64,000 nucleotides of DNA, taken from positions 902,143 to 966,142 of the forward strand of contig OZ316891.1 of the NCBI GenBank assembly GCA_973895155.1, read 5' to 3'. This document shows, piece by piece, positions 61,016-64,000 of the stretch. The DNA comes from Marsupella aquatica (Eukaryota > Plantae > Marchantiophyta). The notes beneath the pieces are model-generated. The model saw nothing but the letters and a program-made list of their open reading frames with translations. It searched no databases and had not been told where the DNA came from. The translations under genes and the position numbers were made by a program. Position 1 is the first letter of the stretch. Each line of letters begins with the position of its first letter.

Positions 61016-64000
61016 ATGGCAGACCTCAACAGAAACCTCGACAAAAACATCCGCCCTCTTCTGGATGCAGTGAATACTCTCCGAAAACTGAAGGTGACCA
61101 ACGAAGGCATTTCTCTGCCCACCATAGTGGTAGTCGGGGATCAGTCCAGTGGCAAGTCTTCTGTTCTGGAGTCGCTTGCTACCATCAACTTACCCCGGGG
61201 ACAGGGCATCAATACCCGAGTGCCCCAGGTTGTCCTTCGATTGGAGAGATGCCGTGATTCAGAAGAGAGTTCGACTACCATTTGGTATGATGGTCAGACT
61301 GAAGCCATCAGAGAAGATGAGATCAAGTTGAAGGTCGATGCAGCCAGCTGTATCCTGGCGGCGGCTGGAAAAGGTGTCATCACGGAAGGAAATATTGCGC
61401 TGCACATACGGAGGCCCGACGCGCCAGATCTGATGATGATTGATCTTCCAGGTCCAATAGAGTAGCTAGTATCTGAATCATGCATTTTAAGTTTGGATGA
61501 TTTCTACGGGTTCACTTTATATGTAAGCTGGGAGATGGTGGACAATTATGGCTCTCTGAAAATACGCTTTCAACTTCATTCCTAGAACTCCATGAACTGC
61601 AGGGGTTTCTTGTCTCCGATGACCAGCACCGCCAGCACCACTCAGTTTATTTGTTAGATAATGTCTCGTGAGTAGAGTTTTATGATGCATACATCAGGCT
61701 ATGTTTTGTTTCCCTCTATGCACCCACAAATCTCAGCTTCCTTCTGATAATGTAATGTTGGATGGCGCAATGTTCAAACCTAGTTTCATTACCAGAATTT
61801 GACTAGGGCAATTGCATTGCATGGCTAAGAGTAGTTGTATTGCGAAGTTGAACCAACGTTCACGTCTCATGATAAAATGCAGGCATCACAACAGTACCTG
61901 TCCACGGCCAGCGACCTGATATCTACGAGCAGATCAAAACGATGATTCAAAACTATCTCAGAAAAAAAGAGACGGTAATACTAAATGTCTTATCCGGAAC
62001 TGTGAACTTCTCCAAGTGCGAGTCCATCATCATGTCGCGACAAGAAGATAACAAAGGCGTGAGAACGTTGACTGTGGTGACGAAAGTGGATCGAGCCCCC
62101 GACGACGTTTACAAGCAAGTGACGGCTGACGATGTCAACATTGGTCGAGGGTATATTTGTGTGCGGTAAGATTTCTGCTCGAATGTTTGTTTCGGGTCAG
62201 TAATTAGTTCAAAGAACTATGCCAAAACTTTGAATTGGATTTACCCTCTTTCTTTGTGCCCGGGTGGAAAATATGGTGCCAGCATTCCACTCTCCCTCAA
62301 TTTGTAGAGTTACAGGGCATATCGACTGACTATACAATAAACTTGTTGGTAATCCAAATTCGTGAAAAGTACTTATCGGGGTACTTGCTAAGTGATGGAT
62401 AATCCGAAGTCAGACAACATGTAAAATGTTTCTAACTAGGTCTGTTGCAATCAAACACAAAATTGATTAAGATTGTATGATGTGGGGGGGCGTAAAGTAT
62501 CGACGGGTCTAAAATTCTGTAGGCGGAGAGGGGTCGTAGAATCTGTGGAATTGAGATGACCAACCGGCAAATGAATGCAAGTGTATATGAATCGAGCTGT
62601 TTTTGCGCTGCAGGAACCAAACAGACGGTGATAGTTCTCATGAGGTGGCACGTGAGCAAGAGAGAAGACTCTTTGACACACATCTTGCACTCTCGAAGCT
62701 GGCAAAGACCTTCGTACGGGTCCCTGCGGTGGCAGAACGCCTGACCCGAATCCAAGCGAAGATCATTCGCGTGAACCTACCGGGTAAGGAAGTCTGTGCT
62801 CAATTATGAAACGTATGAGCCATTGGAACACGCACTTCGTCGAGGCAGGTGGATGGAGAGTATAGATTAGAATCGTGGGAATTGACAGTAGATGGGGAAA
62901 CAAATCTAGACACACGCTTAGTTATGAAATCTATGAGCCATTGCAGAACTGAGAGTTTAAAGGTTATGTTTTCGAGAGCCTAGCGTAACCCTTTTGCAAC
63001 TGACCCAGCACACACGAATCAATACCTGTATATAGTTATGTACTCTGGCTGAAGATCTCGTTGGCTGGATGTTGTTTATTTCCAGGGCTTCGCGAGCAGA
63101 TTGACGAGGAGTTGCTAGATAGGCAGAGGGAACTAGAAGCTCTTCCACTGGGCGTGCTAGGCGACGAAGACCCGACAAATGTGTTTTCGAACATCGTTAA
63201 CCAGAACAAAAGCCTATTGCAGGATGTGATGGTGAATAGAAACTTTCGCAACTTAGCAGACCGCGAAGAATTGCACTACCCTGCAAGGCTAGATGAAATG
63301 TTCCAAAAGTTTAGTGACAACCTTCATGAAACCATCATGAAAGAAATTCTACCTGAGACCAAAACGGAGGAAATCTTGCTGCGGATGTCTGAGCTGCGAG
63401 GATTGACGCTACCAAATATTTGGTCCCCCACGCTGATGAGGACACTTGTCAGCGAGGTGGTTGACAAGGTCTCTAAAGTGTGCACCGATCTGGTGCTACA
63501 GACACATCATTACGCTCAGAAGTTTGTATTGGACATCATTGACATCTCCACAAACTCATTCCCGAACTTGAACGCGGCTTCTAAAGCGGTAAGTCCTTCG
63601 ATTTACAAATTGCTACCTGTATGAGACTGATTTTAGGATGAAGAGAATAATATAGAAATCATATTAGTGTTATTACTTTCTCGTACCTTAGTTTTTGTTT
63701 CGTCTCAATTCGCAGGAGGCAGAGAACGTTCTTGCACGATGTCAAGGAAAGTGTGCAATTTTTGTTCAGCACGTCCTCGACAAAGAAAGATCAAATGTTT
63801 TCACAATGAGTGATGACTACATGGCCAATGTTCACGAGATTAGACACTCTCTCGCACAGCTCCACTCGAAAAATGCTAATCATGATGGGGTCGAGGTTGA
63901 AGGGTTTGAGGAACCCTTCTTTCTGCGGAAGACTTCGAATAAGTCGAACGAATACCTATCAGCCTTCGACATGAAAGTGAACTTGGCGGCGTACTGCAAG
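61016..64000 (+). CDS. Mx-like / DRP4 dynamin-related GTPase, copy Mx4 (3' end outside window)
   Basis: Exons 61016-61451, 61883-62165, 62614-62783, 63086-63588, 63716->64000; GT-AG; open frame. DLPGITTVP and LSGTVNFS variants as in Mx3. Confidence 0.9.

Larger units (their letters stand above)
56576..64000. repeat. Right arm of the inverted segmental duplication (continues beyond the window)
   Basis: Reverse complement of 41272-48193 with indels; the window end GTACTGCAAG matches 41272-41281. Confidence 0.93.

Overview
Eukaryotic, land-plant genomic DNA. GT-AG introns, TTTAGGG repeats, a NAC gene, a plastid-type ferritin and F-box/kelch genes point to a plant; a bryophyte such as a liverwort is only my impression. 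Genes: an intronless CUC/NAM-type NAC factor, an intronless ferritin, and four 5-exon Mx-like/DRP4 dynamin paralogs (three reconstruct to intact 630-634 aa ORFs; the fourth runs off the window). Mx3 and Mx4 each sit head-to-head with an F-box/kelch-like gene inside a >=7 kb inverted duplication. Two decayed coiled-coil/RING genes are also present. Mobile DNA: two full-length Ty1/copia elements with disrupted pol, a 332-bp TRIM whose identical LTRs each contain a tRNA-derived Pol III cassette, and several MITEs with target-site duplications (TSDs). Most interesting: (1) Copia-1 carries an intact antisense ORF encoding a hydrophobic N-terminal helix plus an RNase H1/caulimovirus-P6-type hybrid-binding domain; (2) the tRNA-in-LTR TRIM, which shares termini and PBS geometry with Copia-1 and has knocked out one F-box copy; (3) the F-box-paired Mx3/Mx4 both lost the residues equivalent to dynamin-1 D180 and K142, suggesting a catalytically uncoupled Mx coupled to an F-box gene. 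Coordinates and counts were obtained by hand and may be off by a few bases.
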